Of a stretch of DNA of 64,000 nucleotides, positions 19,696 to 29,889 are shown one piece after another. The first letter of the stretch is position 1; each line of letters begins with the position of its first letter. A program made the translations under genes and the position numbers. The notes under the pieces were generated by a model that worked only from the letters and a program-made list of their open reading frames with translations, did not search any database and had not been told where the DNA came from. Source of the DNA: Candidatus Neptunichlamydia sp. (GTDB lineage: Bacteria > Chlamydiota > Chlamydiia > Chlamydiales > Simkaniaceae); contig OZ247587.1 in NCBI GenBank assembly GCA_965233865.1, positions 1,600,001 to 1,664,000 on the forward strand, written 5' to 3'.

Positions 19696-20364
19696 CCCGG
19701 GCTTATCGGTTATTGTAATGGAGGTGCTTTGACAAACGTTCTTATTAAGAACCCTGACGGAATCTTTCTTTTTGATGAAATCGAAAAAGCCCATCCTGAA
19801 ATCTTGGATATCTTACTTCAGAGATTCGATGCCGGTCGCATCACAGACGCATCAGGAAAAGTCGTTAACTGCTCAAAAACAATATTTGTCATGACCTCTA
19901 ATGTCAGTGGAAATGCCTATGATCTTCCGAAAAAAGAGAGGCAACCTGTCCTTGATATGGCTGTAAAGAGGGCTTTTAGTCCTGAATTTCTCAATAGAAT
20001 CGAAGAGATTTTATATTTCAATCCTTTAGAGGACGCAGCGGTTTTTAAGAAAATTGTTTTTTCAAAAGTGGACCTATTCAAACAAAAGATAGAAGAAAAT
20101 TTGTTAACCCTCCTGACCCTTTCATGGGATGATGAAGTCATTGTCTTTTTAGCAAGAGAAGGGCTTTCTCCTGAGTATGGAGCTCGACCCTTAGAGCGTC
20201 TCATCGCAAAAAGTATGGAGACATTAGTCATCAATGCCGTGCTCAATAGCCACATTATAGAGGGAAGCCATCTTCACTTTAAAGTTCAAGGTGATCAGAT
20301 TATTCTTGAAATTCTGGAGTCAGCTGTTAATACAGCGCCCTTAGACCTCCAAAATAAAATTTAG
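19696..20364 (+). pseudogene. C-terminal fragment of a Clp/ClpB-like AAA+ ATPase (D2 domain), 5'-truncated by IS3
   Basis: PGLIGY..GGALT, LFDEIEKAHP, GRITD, MTSN, FSPEFLNRIE, YGARPLER begin exactly at the IS end; Walker A missing. Confidence 0.85.
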
Positions 20365-20426
20365 AAGAAATGCGTAATTTCTATAGAGATAGAATTTAAT
20401 CAATCACGCTCTAAGAAAGGATATTT

Positions 20427-20543
20427 TCAAGTTCTCCAAATGATCGTTTTGCACATGTGAGATTGGCCCATTCGATCACCGGAGTTGCCTCCTGCAGCTC
20501 CTTTAGCTAGCTGTGCAAAGAGCTCCTGTATTGAACGTATCAT
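20427..20543 (-). CDS. Putative 38-aa small protein or gene remnant
   Basis: MIRSIQELFAQLAKGAAGGNSGDRMGQSHMCKTIIWRT*, with GAGGGG SD 8 nt upstream. Confidence 0.3.
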   Translation of the reverse strand: MIRSIQELFAQLAKGAAGGNSGDRMGQSHMCKTIIWRT

Positions 20544-20649
20544 AGAAATTACCCCTCACAACTATGAAATTCTTTTTTATAGCCTCCAATTAAGGAGGCT
20601 TGTGAAGAGATTCTAGTCTATGTGAGGATAAAAAATCACACATTCATTG

Positions 20650-23541
20650 CTAGGGAAGGGAGATGTAGGTTCCTTCGGTTTTGAGGACTTCAGCGGTGAC
20701 GCCTTCGTAGCGGAAGGCTTTCCCTTCTGGCTGCTTACCTTCAAGCATGATAGCGATGCGGCGTGAATTTTTTCTTGAGAGAAAAGAGATCGTGTCCGTC
20801 TTGAAATCTTCATAGGTTAGGTTTCTAAGGGAGGCTATCAACTTTTCTCGTCTGTTGAAATCTCCTTTGAAGGTAAAGGCGATCTTATTCAGGTCAAGTG
20901 CCATTTGAGAGAGGTTTGTTGGCGGAGTTTCAAGGAGAGTAATCACATTTTCTCGGAGGACTTCAAAGCGGCCTTCAGAGAGCGTTGCTTCAAAATCTTT
21001 GATGTAGGTTTCAAGGAAGAGTTCAAAGCGGGCGATGAGTTCATCTGGCTGGTGAGAAGTGGATTGAACCATAAAGATGTTTAAAAGTTGCTCTTCTTCT
21101 TCTTGGCTTCCTGCTTTTGCAAAATAGGCGGTTTGTTGTTTTGTTCTGAGGGTATCGAAGAAATCTTCTTGTATTCCAATTCCTAGGACAAGGTGGGAAG
21201 CTTTTTTGGGAAATGTCATGGTTCCTTCTTGAATCACAAGGATGGCGGCGTTTCCAAGACTTTCGGTTTGTTCATGAACTTTATAAGGGCCTTGGAAAGA
21301 AGAAAGAGTCAACAGTTGTTTTCTTTTATGGTCTTTCTTAGGGTAGAGGGTGTAGGAGAGTTTTTTCGTCACGGTTTCCCAAACATTTTGCGCGTCTTTT
21401 TCTGTCATGTTTCCGATAAGGACGGCTTCGATATAAGCTTGCTGAAAAAGTTTATCGGCAAACGAAAGGTAATCTTCGTAGCGGAGGTTTTCAAGGGCCA
21501 TGAGTTTGTCAGTGTGCTTAGGGGTATTATTAAAGAGAAGGTTCATCGAAATTTCATTTGCTTGGAAGACGGGCATCGCTTTGGACTGGTTGGCGTAAGA
21601 ACTCTTAAGAGACGTGGTATAGAGATCAAATTCCTTTTTTGTCATGCGACACTTCTTGGCTTGTTTTAGAGCTTCTTCTAGTAGAAGAGATGCTTTCTCG
21701 CTATATCCGCTTACTACCATGATGAGTTTAAGATCTTGAGGACCAGTAGCAAAACTTAGAGAAGCAGCATTTGCATAGGTTAGTGTGGAAGCGAGTTTCT
21801 CATCTAATGTGTAACGAAATAAATCTACGAGGACCATTTGACGAGGCGTTCCATCTATATAAGGGGAGCTAATATTGAAGATCCAAGAAACTTCAGGGAC
21901 TTGGTACTGAGTGTCTTCCCAGAAATAGAGTTCTCCCAAATCATTTGATACAAGTTTTTTTGGGTGTGGAGTTACGACAGTTTCATCATCTCCTGGACGT
22001 GTGGTTAATTTAAGATCGCCTGGAATATATGTATTTTGCTTAGGAAGCGCAATGCGCGGATGTGAAGAAATATCGCCCCATGCTGCTAAAGACGTATCTG
22101 GAATTTTCTGGACTGCGTATTCAACTCTTGACCATTTTTCGAATTTATCTGGATTAATACCAGTAAGTTCAGGGGAAGCAACGAGAAAGTAGACGGCAGA
22201 TCCTGGAGATAGTAGATCAAGAAATTCCTGGGTTTCGCTAGCATCATAAGTTGTGGGCATAATTGTTTTTAGCGGGTAAGTTTCTAGAGGCTCATCGATC
22301 ATTTGATGCGCGTGGTTTGTGACGAATGAAAAAGGAGTGACTCGAGACTGATACTCGTAATCAATCTTAGACATATTTTTAAGTTCATGGAAAATATACG
22401 GGGGGATTCCACTTGATTTCAAAGAATTGAGGGTTTGGAAACATCTTTCGATGACGGTTTCAAACTGCGTTGCTCCTAGAAGTGTAAGATCAAAACTGAT
22501 ATAGAAAATACCCGACTCTTTGCTTAAGCGGAACATGCTAGAAGAAGTGCTTTCGACAAGTTCTTCTCTCTTAAGCTGAGAGTATAGACTGTTTTCATGC
22601 CGGCCTCCAATGACATATTCTAGGAGATCATCAGAACGATTATCAAAATTTTGAACAAACTCCTTAGGAAGTTCCCACTCAATAGAGAGATTGCGCATGT
22701 CTTTGATAGGCTTAATCGCAACAATATGACCTTCCTGTTTTTCTGACAATAGCTTCTCTCGGGGTAATTGAGTCAGGGAGTTTGTTTTGGGGACAGCTGA
22801 AAATTGGCGCGTGGCTAGGGCTTTGAGCTCTTCAATTGGCAGTGTGGAATAAAGCGTGAGATGAGCCCGATCAGAGCTGTAGTTTTTCTGGTGCCAACGG
22901 ACAACCTCTTCTCTTGGTATTCCGCCAAGCGTCTCGGCATTTCCTGTACTAAAAAGAGCGTTTGGGTGCGCAGGATTTCCTGTTTCTTTAAAGACCATCC
23001 ATCCACGGTTTCCATCACTTTCGATATTTTTGTCGTGTTCTTGATCAACAGCATGGAGCTCCCGCCCAATCCCTGAAGCGGTAAATAGAGGATCGATAAA
23101 CATATGGCTGAACATATCAAGAGTGGTTGAATAAGCATCATTGTTTACTGAGAAAATATAGACAGTTCGATCTGTAGAGGTATATGCATTGAATGTCCCC
23201 CCATTATCTAAAACTTGCTTTTCATAAGCATTTTCTTCGGGATAGGCCTTTGATCCTAAAAATAAGAGGTGTTCTAGAAAGTGGGCAATTCCAGCATAGT
23301 TTGGGTCGTCGTTCCACGAACCGGCTTCCATTGAAAGAGCCGCTGCTGACTGGTCTGCTTTTGGGTCAGAAATGAGGTAGGCTTCTAACCCATTCTCAAG
23401 ACGGATTTTTGCTGTTTTGCGCTCAGAGAGAGAGGGTGTCAGTATCTGCAGGTGGGCCTGGTCTTGAACTTCAACATAGTTTTGGGGGTTTTCGGTAAAT
23501 CCTCCAATTGTAATCAGTAGTAGTGCCATTAGTCGTTTCAT
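20650..23541 (-). CDS. ptr: Insulinase-family (M16A) zinc protease Ptr
   Basis: AHFLEHLLFLGS (HXXEH), NAYT, N-terminal signal peptide; chlamydial ptr-plsB-rng order. Confidence 0.9.
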   Translation of the reverse strand: MKRLMALLLITIGGFTENPQNYVEVQDQAHLQILTPSLSERKTAKIRLENGLEAYLISDPKADQSAAALSMEAGSWNDDPNYAGIAHFLEHLLFLGSKAYPEENAYEKQVLDNGGTFNAYTSTDRTVYIFSVNNDAYSTTLDMFSHMFIDPLFTASGIGRELHAVDQEHDKNIESDGNRGWMVFKETGNPAHPNALFSTGNAETLGGIPREEVVRWHQKNYSSDRAHLTLYSTLPIEELKALATRQFSAVPKTNSLTQLPREKLLSEKQEGHIVAIKPIKDMRNLSIEWELPKEFVQNFDNRSDDLLEYVIGGRHENSLYSQLKREELVESTSSSMFRLSKESGIFYISFDLTLLGATQFETVIERCFQTLNSLKSSGIPPYIFHELKNMSKIDYEYQSRVTPFSFVTNHAHQMIDEPLETYPLKTIMPTTYDASETQEFLDLLSPGSAVYFLVASPELTGINPDKFEKWSRVEYAVQKIPDTSLAAWGDISSHPRIALPKQNTYIPGDLKLTTRPGDDETVVTPHPKKLVSNDLGELYFWEDTQYQVPEVSWIFNISSPYIDGTPRQMVLVDLFRYTLDEKLASTLTYANAASLSFATGPQDLKLIMVVSGYSEKASLLLEEALKQAKKCRMTKKEFDLYTTSLKSSYANQSKAMPVFQANEISMNLLFNNTPKHTDKLMALENLRYEDYLSFADKLFQQAYIEAVLIGNMTEKDAQNVWETVTKKLSYTLYPKKDHKRKQLLTLSSFQGPYKVHEQTESLGNAAILVIQEGTMTFPKKASHLVLGIGIQEDFFDTLRTKQQTAYFAKAGSQEEEEQLLNIFMVQSTSHQPDELIARFELFLETYIKDFEATLSEGRFEVLRENVITLLETPPTNLSQMALDLNKIAFTFKGDFNRREKLIASLRNLTYEDFKTDTISFLSRKNSRRIAIMLEGKQPEGKAFRYEGVTAEVLKTEGTYISLP

Positions 23542-23550
23542 AACGCCTCC

Positions 23551-24576
23551 CTATTTGGGAAATTTTTCATATTCACGATTCACGCATTCCCAGAGATATT
23601 CTGCGCGAATGCGTCTTAAATCTTTTTTGTCTTTAGCTTTTTCGGCACCCGGAAAATATTCCATATCAATTTCTTCACTGAAGTGAAGATGGATTGCACC
23701 GCCCCTAGTCACTCGCGTTTCTCCAAGCTCAGTTTCGGTTGTTTCTGGAGGGGGTAGAAGGTGATAGGTTGAGAGGGAAAGAGGGAAAAAGTGCGTCGGT
23801 TTCTTTGCCTTTTGGACCATTAGATAGTACATTCCAAGGCTTTTAGGGTCAAAAGGAGCAACTTCGATAACACCATCTGCATTTACGCGGTCTCGCCCTC
23901 CACTGGGAGCGACATAAATAGCATGCCCTCCTTCGCTTAAGAGTTCCACCATTCGATCCATGGTTCTTTTGTTGTGCATCTGTTTTTCGTGTTGTTCTTC
24001 AGGAGGGTTATCGATATACTTTTTCGAGTGAATGCAGAGAAGGTTTCTTCCCATGCTGAAAGGAATTGCAAAAGGATCGGTGGTGACTCTTGTGCCCGCA
24101 ACAAAAATGAGTTCTTCAGCAAATTTGGGATGAGTTTTCTCGAGTAAAATGCTGATCGCGTGAGGATCTGCTTCAATTTGATGGTTAGCAAAAAGAATGA
24201 CATTCTCCTTTTTTTCAAGAAGGGACTCTATGTAGTCGAGGTTTTTTGCTCCTGATATTGTCGAGTTGGGAAGGTCAACTAAAGGTCTAAGAAAATCGAG
24301 ACCAAATTTATAGTAGTCTACGGGGGAGCGCACTTTCTTATGATAGGGCTTGAATTGAAAAGGATTGCGTACCTGCTCTTTCATGAATCCAATAAAGGAG
24401 TAAAAAACACCCATATAGGATTCAGGATCCTCTCCATGATCTAGGATCACCCCTTGATAGCTTTTGATAAAATCTTTCAAGATCTGGATATACTTCTCAG
24501 GGATCTCTTTTGAGTCTGACAATTCACCAATTTTAGCTAGAAGAGCTTGGAGGTTACCATTCGATTTTTTGTCCAT
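23551..24576 (-). CDS. plsB: Glycerol-3-phosphate acyltransferase (plastid ATS1-type)
   Basis: ANHQIEADP (HX4D), PFSMGRNLLCIHSKK, APSGGRDR; start re-called at MDKKS. Confidence 0.9.
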   Translation of the reverse strand: MDKKSNGNLQALLAKIGELSDSKEIPEKYIQILKDFIKSYQGVILDHGEDPESYMGVFYSFIGFMKEQVRNPFQFKPYHKKVRSPVDYYKFGLDFLRPLVDLPNSTISGAKNLDYIESLLEKKENVILFANHQIEADPHAISILLEKTHPKFAEELIFVAGTRVTTDPFAIPFSMGRNLLCIHSKKYIDNPPEEQHEKQMHNKRTMDRMVELLSEGGHAIYVAPSGGRDRVNADGVIEVAPFDPKSLGMYYLMVQKAKKPTHFFPLSLSTYHLLPPPETTETELGETRVTRGGAIHLHFSEEIDMEYFPGAEKAKDKKDLRRIRAEYLWECVNREYEKFPK

Positions 24577-26107
24577 CAGCCATCGAGTAAAATTCAAATC
24601 CGTTTAAGTGCAACTCATCATTACTTTTAAAAGAGATTTCTCCTTTCAGTTTTTTAGCAAGTTTCTCTAAAAGAGACTTATCGTCTTTTCCAAGGTAATC
24701 ATTCAACTGAGGGTGGGTGATTAATTCGACTTTGTTCTCATTGTGAACAGACATCAATTTTTGGATCGCACGTTCAATTTCGATTGAGATGCTTTCAAAA
24801 TTTTTGATGATTCCTTTTCCGCTGCAATAGGGGCAATGGGTAAAGAGGGTCTGAATAAGCGACTCACGTGTGCGCTGCCTTGTCATTTCAACAAGTCCAA
24901 AGTCACTCATTCCTAGAATGGTACACTTTGCAGAATCTTCTTTCATTGCTTCTTTAAGAGTGTCTAAAACACGCCTTTGGTTGCGGCGATACCTCATATC
25001 AATGAAGTCGCAGATGACAAGGCCCCCAATATTTCGGATCCGAAGTTGACGCGCGATTTCATCGGCTGCTTCCATGTTAATACGGACAAGAGTTTCTTCG
25101 ACGTTGATATTTTCTTTTGAGGCACTGCCTCTTCCAGAGTTAACATCAATCGTGTACATCGCTTCTGTTTTGTCAAAGAAGAGGTATCCACCACTTTGGA
25201 GCCAGATTTTTCTTCGAAGACAACGTTCAATTTCATTTTCAACGGCGAAGCGATCAAACATTGGGGTTTTATCCCGATAGCACTCAAGCTTTAAGACATG
25301 GTCTCCCTTATATCGATTGTAGACCTGACGGCAATACTGGTAGGTCTTGTAGTCATCGACAAGCATTCGGGTATATTTTTTATTAATTGCTTTCAGAACA
25401 GATTTTTTAACTAGATCGGACTCCCTATAAAGGCAGGCTGAGCCATCGCTTGTCTTAAAGTCTTCTTGGATCTTTTCCCAGGCACTTAACAGCTCTGTTG
25501 CTTCTGCAATTAGTTCTTCTGTTGAAGCGCTAGCGCTTGCCGTACGGCAAATCAGCCCCATTTTTTGAGGCATTTCAAAGGCTTTGATGATTTTCTTGAG
25601 TCTGTCTCTTTCCAAGCGGTCAATAATTTTCCGGGACACTCCACGGTGGGGGGTGTTTGGAAGGAGGACAAGGTATCGTCCAGGAATTGTGATATTTGAA
25701 GTAAGGCGTGCTCCTTTGGAGCCTATCGGTTCTTTTACGACCTGTACAAGAACAGGGTGTCCAACCTCCATAAACTTGGAGATATCAGCATCTTTAAGCT
25801 CACGCGCCTTGATAGAGCTAACGTCGCAATCCCAGTCAAACTCCATGTCGAACATTTCTTGAAATTTTTGGGTATTCTCTACGATATCACTGATATGGAT
25901 AAATCCATTTTCCCCTTCATTAATCGCAATAAATGCCGATTGAATGTTGTGCAAGATATTGATAACTTCTCCCCGGTAGATGTTTCCGGTAAGCTGTCTG
26001 TTTGACTTGCGTTCAACAATTAGGTCTTGGAGTTTTCCAAACTTTAATATCGCACATCTCTTTTCCTTTGACGTCACATTTAGAAGAATTTCTTTCATCG
26101 GTTTCAC
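24554..26107 (-). CDS. rng: Ribonuclease E/G family
   Basis: GNIYRG, KEPIGSKGARLT, IDVNSG, RNIGGLVICDFIDM, CPYC.GKG. Confidence 0.93.
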   Translation of the reverse strand: MKPMKEILLNVTSKEKRCAILKFGKLQDLIVERKSNRQLTGNIYRGEVINILHNIQSAFIAINEGENGFIHISDIVENTQKFQEMFDMEFDWDCDVSSIKARELKDADISKFMEVGHPVLVQVVKEPIGSKGARLTSNITIPGRYLVLLPNTPHRGVSRKIIDRLERDRLKKIIKAFEMPQKMGLICRTASASASTEELIAEATELLSAWEKIQEDFKTSDGSACLYRESDLVKKSVLKAINKKYTRMLVDDYKTYQYCRQVYNRYKGDHVLKLECYRDKTPMFDRFAVENEIERCLRRKIWLQSGGYLFFDKTEAMYTIDVNSGRGSASKENINVEETLVRINMEAADEIARQLRIRNIGGLVICDFIDMRYRRNQRRVLDTLKEAMKEDSAKCTILGMSDFGLVEMTRQRTRESLIQTLFTHCPYCSGKGIIKNFESISIEIERAIQKLMSVHNENKVELITHPQLNDYLGKDDKSLLEKLAKKLKGEISFKSNDELHLNGFEFYSMADGQKIEW

Positions 26108-26190
26108 CAGTGTGGATCTGTTCGTAAATCATGATAATATATCAATGGCCAATGTTTTTCCAGCAAATTCTTACTTTGATCTGGGACAGA

Positions 26191-27222
26191 TTAGGGGTTC
26201 AATTCAAGTTTGATTTTGTCGAGAAATTTTCCTTGAAGAAGGTTGATGGCTCCCTGGACGCCGCACTTAAGGGCTTCAGGGGTTGCATCTCCATGGCATT
26301 TAATGATAACTCCATCGACACCGCAAAGAATTGCTCCAGGATATTCTGCTGAATAGAGTTCGGCTTTTAGATATTTAAGAAGAGGTTTTGAGAAAGGAAT
26401 GAGATTTTGATTTTTTTTCATTGTATCGAGAATGAATGAGGAAAGGCCTTCTGCAGTTTTTAAGAAAATATTTCCTGTGAAACCGTCTGTGACAAGTACA
26501 TGGATATTTCCTGAGAAGACTTCCCTTCCTTCAACATTTCCAGCGAAGATAGTTTCCTCACCGTTAAATGCTTGGAGAAGCTTATAAGTTTCACGGAGTT
26601 CTGCGCGCCCTTTTTTTTCTTCTACCCCAATGTTTAGAAGGCCGACAGTTGGTTTTTTAATCCCGCGTGCTTTTTGATAAGCTATTCCCATTTGAGCAAA
26701 ATGCACAAGGTGCTCGGGGCTACACTGAATGTTTGCTCCCACATCGATTACCGCAATCGGTTCCTTTTTTGTCGGGAGAAGTGTGATTAGCGCAGCTCGA
26801 GAAATCCCTTGTAGCATTGGCAAGAAAAGGTTCGCGCTGGCTATCAATGCTCCAGTATTTCCGGTAGAAACGAGGGCATCAATTTTTCGATCCCTGAGAA
26901 GCTTCATTCCAAGGCATATAGAGGATTGTTTCTTTTTTCGAATGGCGTAAAGTGGATCGTCATCCATATGGATGACTTCTTTGGTTTGGAATATTTCGAG
27001 TTCTTTTTCTTTGAAGTTATGCGCTTTTTTGAAGGTTTGGATATGGACTGCTATTTCTGGAGTAGAAAAAACTGTCAGACAAAAGGGAGCGTCAACCTCT
27101 GAATAGAGGGCGTGAAGAGTATCAAGCACATGGTCAGGAGAGACGAAGTCTCCTCCTAGGAGGTCAATTCCCAGATGGGGGACTTTACTCTTGTGCTTCC
27201 GAAAGGACGGAGCGTCCTCCAT
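26191..27222 (-). CDS. plsX: Phosphate acyltransferase PlsX
   Basis: IDLLGGD, STGNTGAL, DVGAN, LLNIGVEEKKG, TDGFTGN, KCHG; likely start at MEDAP or later. Confidence 0.93.
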   Translation of the reverse strand: MEDAPSFRKHKSKVPHLGIDLLGGDFVSPDHVLDTLHALYSEVDAPFCLTVFSTPEIAVHIQTFKKAHNFKEKELEIFQTKEVIHMDDDPLYAIRKKKQSSICLGMKLLRDRKIDALVSTGNTGALIASANLFLPMLQGISRAALITLLPTKKEPIAVIDVGANIQCSPEHLVHFAQMGIAYQKARGIKKPTVGLLNIGVEEKKGRAELRETYKLLQAFNGEETIFAGNVEGREVFSGNIHVLVTDGFTGNIFLKTAEGLSSFILDTMKKNQNLIPFSKPLLKYLKAELYSAEYPGAILCGVDGVIIKCHGDATPEALKCGVQGAINLLQGKFLDKIKLELNP

Positions 27223-27367
27223 AGTATCCACAGAATGAGCACATTCGGTGGGGGAGGTGCATTTTTCCGCAGTTTGAGCAACTTGCAACATGTTTCTCTT
27301 TTTTTGCGTGGTGCGCACGTTTACTGTTCTTGCGTGCATTTGAGTGTCGGTTACGTGGGACGGCCAC
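27185..27367 (-). CDS. rpmF: 50S ribosomal protein L32
   Basis: MAVPRNRHS...CSNCG...PHRMCSFCGYY. Confidence 0.96.
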   Translation of the reverse strand: MAVPRNRHSNARKNSKRAHHAKKEKHVASCSNCGKMHLPHRMCSFCGYYGGRSVLSEAQE

Positions 27368-27377
27368 GGGTTTTCTC

Positions 27378-27818
27378 CTAGTTTAAATCTGCAAAGGGAA
27401 ATTGATCATTCCCTTTTTGTAAGTAATTCTTTAAGTTTGTCCGTTTGGGACAATTTTCTAAACATTCTACATAAGAAGGGATTTCTAGTAAAACAGCTTC
27501 TCGTAGAGGATCGGTGTAGTCGTAAACACGACCCCGAATTTTTTCAAGTTCTTCTGTGTGATAGAACTCCTTGACTGTGATCTTTTTCTTTATCCCTTTA
27601 TTGCAAATAGCGCAGGGGATTAGTGCTTCTGTTTCAACATCTAGATGTATAACTAAGTGGTCTTCAGCAAGATATGCCCTTCCTCTGAGTTTAACAAAAC
27701 TTTGAAACTTGAGGTCTTTCTCACTTACATCCATGAATTCAGGGGTGAGAGTTTCTTCAATTTTTTCTGTTCGCTCGTGAGATAGACGATCAACATATAT
27801 TTTCAATGGATTTTGCAT
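27378..27818 (-). CDS. yceD: YceD/DUF177 family protein
   Basis: CAIC, LREAVLLEIP...C...C, FPFADL; upstream of rpmF. Confidence 0.82.
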   Translation of the reverse strand: MQNPLKIYVDRLSHERTEKIEETLTPEFMDVSEKDLKFQSFVKLRGRAYLAEDHLVIHLDVETEALIPCAICNKGIKKKITVKEFYHTEELEKIRGRVYDYTDPLREAVLLEIPSYVECLENCPKRTNLKNYLQKGNDQFPFADLN

Positions 27819-27896
27819 AACACGAAGATTCTAATGCAATGAGAGATAAAGATCAAGGATGGTCAGAGCTAAGGTATTAAAAAAAATAGTTGATTA

Positions 27897-29586
27897 AATA
27901 GTGTAGTCACGAGATTTCTACCCATAAAGCCAAACATCTGATCTGAACCGCAGCCAAGAAAGAGGATGTGTGCTTAGCATAGCGTGTAGCAATTCCTCTC
28001 CATCGCTTCAAATGTAAAAAAGCATTTTCTACAAAATGTCTCAATTTATAGAGATGCTTATCATAAGCTCTCTTGCTTTTCCTATTTTTTCTGGGAGGGA
28101 TAACCGCCTTCATTCCTTGAGAGATCGCTTGAGTTACGATTGCATCGCTGTCATAACCCCGATCTGCTAGTAGGTAATCGGCGTTAATTCCCTCTATTAG
28201 GTGTTTGGCCTAAAGGTAGTCTGATTGAGTACCTGACGTAATAATCGCTCTGACCGGCATACCATGCGAATCCACGGCCAAATGTAATTTCGTGTTGAAC
28301 TCCCTTTTGTCCGAGCCATAGGTTGTGTTGAGAAATTTCCATAAATGGTGCAAGCTGACTTCCTGAAGAAGGAGATCTATATGCTATACCCGCATAAAAT
28401 AAATGACCACGCCTGGTCGAAACTTTACGAATATCTGAGTAATTACCCCAAAATACACACAAATAACAAAGAGAAAACTCGTTGCTTTGTAGAGGCTGTA
28501 TTTTGGATTGCCAAGAGCGGAGCACAATGGCGTTTGCTACCAAAGGAATATGGAGACTGGAATGCCGTCTATCATCGTTTTGCAGACTGGGCTGAACATG
28601 GTGTGTGGTACAAGATGCTCTACTATTTTTCAAATGATCCAGACATGGAATATATTATGATCGACAGTACAGTCCTCCGCGCTCATGCCTGTGCCGCAGG
28701 AGCCAGTAAAAAAAAACCGGAGGTCAAGACGAGCAGGCCTTAGGTCGGTCCTGCGGAGGTTTTACGACTAAAATCCATAGTATCTGTGATGCATTAGGTA
28801 ATCCACTTGATTTTATTTTAACAGGTGGTCAAGCAGCTGATTGTCATCAAGCTATTCCTTTGCTCAAGGGTAGGGATTACAAAAGATTATTGGCTGACAA
28901 AGGCTACGACAGCAATGCAATCATTGATCATGTAAAGAGCATCGGAGCTGTTGCCATCATTCCCTCAAAGAAAAATCGCATTGATCATCGAGAGCATGAT
29001 AAAGACATATATAAAGAACGACACAAAATCGAATGTTTATTTGGCTTCCTCAAACATTATAGACGATTGTTTTCTCGGTTCGAGAAGTTAGCATCAAGGT
29101 TCAAGGCATTCCTTCATTTTATCGCGGCTCTCCAATGGTTAAAGTAAATTTCTCAACACAACCTATCTTGATTACCAACTTGTGCACCTGCTGCGTGAGG
29201 GTGAACTTTGATATGGGTTGCATCGATCATTAACCACTCATAATCAGGATCGTCCACCACTTTTTCCAGAAGAAGTTCCCAGACGCCTTTATTCCTCCAA
29301 CAGATAAAACGACGATGCACATTTCCCCAGTTCCCATAGTCTGGAGGTAAGTCACGCCATGGAGCTCTGGTACGAATAATCCAAAAAACCGCGTTGATAA
29401 ATCGCCGATTATCTTGTGCTACCCCTCCACACACCCCTCTTCTTCATGGAAAATAAGGCTCAAGTTTTTTCCAAATTCGATCTGAAATATCGTGACGTCT
29501 GTGCTCTGATACGGTCATCTCTAAACCTCTCCTTAAAAGTTTAAGAAACCAGCTTAGCACAAATTTAAACTTGTGTCTACACTATC
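27897..29586 (-). mobile_element. Outer IS5-family element, inactivated and interrupted by a second IS5
   Basis: Imperfect IRs ATAGTGTAGTCACGAG / ATAGTGTAGACACAAG with TA flanks; transposase from 29518 (MTVSEHRRHDISD) has an in-frame TGA and ends at 27907; about 845 bp without the insert. Confidence 0.88.
28321..29163 (+). mobile_element. Inner IS5-family element, apparently intact
   Basis: Perfect 18-bp IRs GGTTGTGTTGAGAAATTT; TA duplication at 28319-20 and 29164-65; orfA (GAQWRLLP, IDST) and orfB (ADKGYD, RHKIE) joined by a -1 shift at the A9 run 28708-28716. Confidence 0.95.
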
Positions 29587-29759
29587 TAACCCCATGAAAA
29601 TTCCCAAATTAAAATCTAAAACGTCTAATGATTTAAGGAAAATACAATCAGTAAAAACTGAGGTTCTCCCAAAAGAGGTTGTGAATTTGCTTGTAAAACA
29701 AGCTGCATCTCGCCGATGACTATTGTTCAATAAAGAGGAACGTGAGATAAGTGGGACAA

Positions 29760-29833
29760 TGTCCTCGGCGTGATTCGAACACGCGGCCTGTTGCTTAGGA
29801 GGCAACTGCTCTATCCAGCTGAGCTACGAGGAC
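29760..29833 (-). tRNA. tRNA-Arg(CCT)
   Basis: Reverse complement GTCCTCGTAGCTCAGCTGGATAGAGCA-GTTGC-CTCCTAA-GCAAC...GTTCGAATC...CGAGGACA. Confidence 0.95.
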
Positions 29834-29889
29834 TGAAGGCCAAAATTGTAACGCAATGGAGTGATAAGCTCAAGAATTTGGAGGTTAAA

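Noticed and set aside
27223..27339. Long N-terminal extension of PlsX
   Set aside because: Alternative frame of rpmF
28184..28633. 149-aa minus-strand ORF
   Set aside because: Shadow of the inner IS5 running into an off-frame part of the outer IS5
29770..29889. N-terminal extension of gnd in the ORF track
   Set aside because: Overlaps tRNA-Arg; the GTG at 29890 has a GGAGG SD and matches the normal Gnd start
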